The notes under the pieces: model-generated
What the model was told of the DNA's origin: nothing
The model's input: the letters and a program-made list of their open reading frames with translations, nothing else
The model's database searches: none
Translations under genes and position numbers: made by a program
From: Kiritimatiellia bacterium
Lineage (GTDB): Bacteria > Verrucomicrobiota > Kiritimatiellia > RFP12 > UBA1067
Assembly: GCA_050949565.1 (NCBI GenBank)
Contig: JBMNFY010000017.1
Location: 1,728,001 to 1,792,000, forward strand
DNA length: 64,000 bases
Direction of reading: 5' to 3'
Part shown: positions 63,269 to 64,000 of the stretch, one piece after another
How positions within the stretch are numbered: the first letter of the stretch is position 1
Layout of the letters: each line of letters starts with the position of its first letter

Positions 63269-64000
63269 TTACGCGCGGATCTTCAAAAAGATCACCAGCG
63301 CGGTCAACAGATAGCCAACGATCGTCGCGATCAAGACGCGATCGGTCAGCAAAACCTTTTCTGGACTTCCGCCTTCATTCTTGCGGTAGACCAGTTCCAG
63401 ATAGCGGAACAGGCCGAAAACAACGAACGGGATCGTCAAGCCGAGGCGGTCGGTACCGAAGCGGCGGACCGTCTCCTCGGAGAGCGTGTACATCGCATAG
63501 CAAACCAGCGTGGCGGCGGCGGTGATGCCGATCTGCAAATCGAGCAGATGACGGTCGTAGCCTGCCAAGGCCTCACGGTGTTGCGTTCCTTCGTCCTCCA
63601 GCAACACCTTCTCGTGGCGTCGCTTGCAGAGCGCAAGGAAGAGGGCCAGCAGGAAGGTGCAGAGTAGTAGCCATGGCGAAATACGTACCTCCAGCACGCT
63701 CGCTCCGGCGATTGCCCGCAACACAAAACCGAGTGCGATCACAAACACGTCAACATACGGGATACGCTTCAGTGCGAAGGTATAGACGATCTGCATCAAG
63801 AGGTAGCTGCCCAATACTGCACTGAACGCGCCCGGCAAGGCCAGTGCCCCGGCCATACCCGCCGCCAGCAGCAGCGCGGCGACCACCCCGGCGGGAAGCG
63901 CTTGAATCTCGCCTGCCGCCAACGGGCGTAACCGTTTTACCGGATGCATGCGGTCCGCCTCGCGGTCGCGCAAATCATTGACCAGATAGATGCCGCTGGA
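63269..64000 (-). CDS. UbiA-family prenyltransferase (decaprenyl-phosphate phosphoribosyltransferase-like), 5' end beyond window
   Basis: YLVNDLRDREADRMHPVKRLRPLAAG, GFVLRA and KRRHE motifs. Confidence 0.88.
   Translation of the reverse strand, partial: SSGIYLVNDLRDREADRMHPVKRLRPLAAGEIQALPAGVVAALLLAAGMAGALALPGAFSAVLGSYLLMQIVYTFALKRIPYVDVFVIALGFVLRAIAGASVLEVRISPWLLLCTFLLALFLALCKRRHEKVLLEDEGTQHREALAGYDRHLLDLQIGITAAATLVCYAMYTLSEETVRRFGTDRLGLTIPFVVFGLFRYLELVYRKNEGGSPEKVLLTDRVLIATIVGYLLTALVIFLKIRA

Overview
High-GC bacterial chromosome segment. The secreted beta-strand-repeat protein and gene content suggest a PVC-group (Kiritimatiellae-like) organism, which is an inference. The window opens with the 3' part of an rRNA operon (23S, 5S). 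A ~23.3 kb defence island (6320-29614) is integrated at the 3' end of tmRNA, bounded by an 11-bp direct repeat and with no integrase visible. It carries a type-3 BREX operon (brxF, brxC/pglY, pglXI, brxHII, pglZ, brxA), SIR2-HerA and a pPIWI-associated-nuclease-like gene. The most striking signal is that the BREX operon is colonised by three families of short-unit (7 or 10 nt) inverted repeats. These bracket small inserted genes (two four-helix-bundle/Avd-like genes and one AlbA-HTH gene) and adjoin a GxxExxY gene. They also occur as gene-free hairpins or single arms inserted in frame in the core BREX proteins. The rest of the window holds fprA-dsbD-xylB with a 3735-bp tandem duplication, an IS4-like element, and a frameshifted large secreted protein. 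It also has an operon of a metallo-beta-lactamase-fold hydrolase, a glycyl radical enzyme and its radical-SAM activase, all three with apparent export signals, followed by mutS, cstA, ndk, tRNA-Leu and fabD-fabG-acpP.
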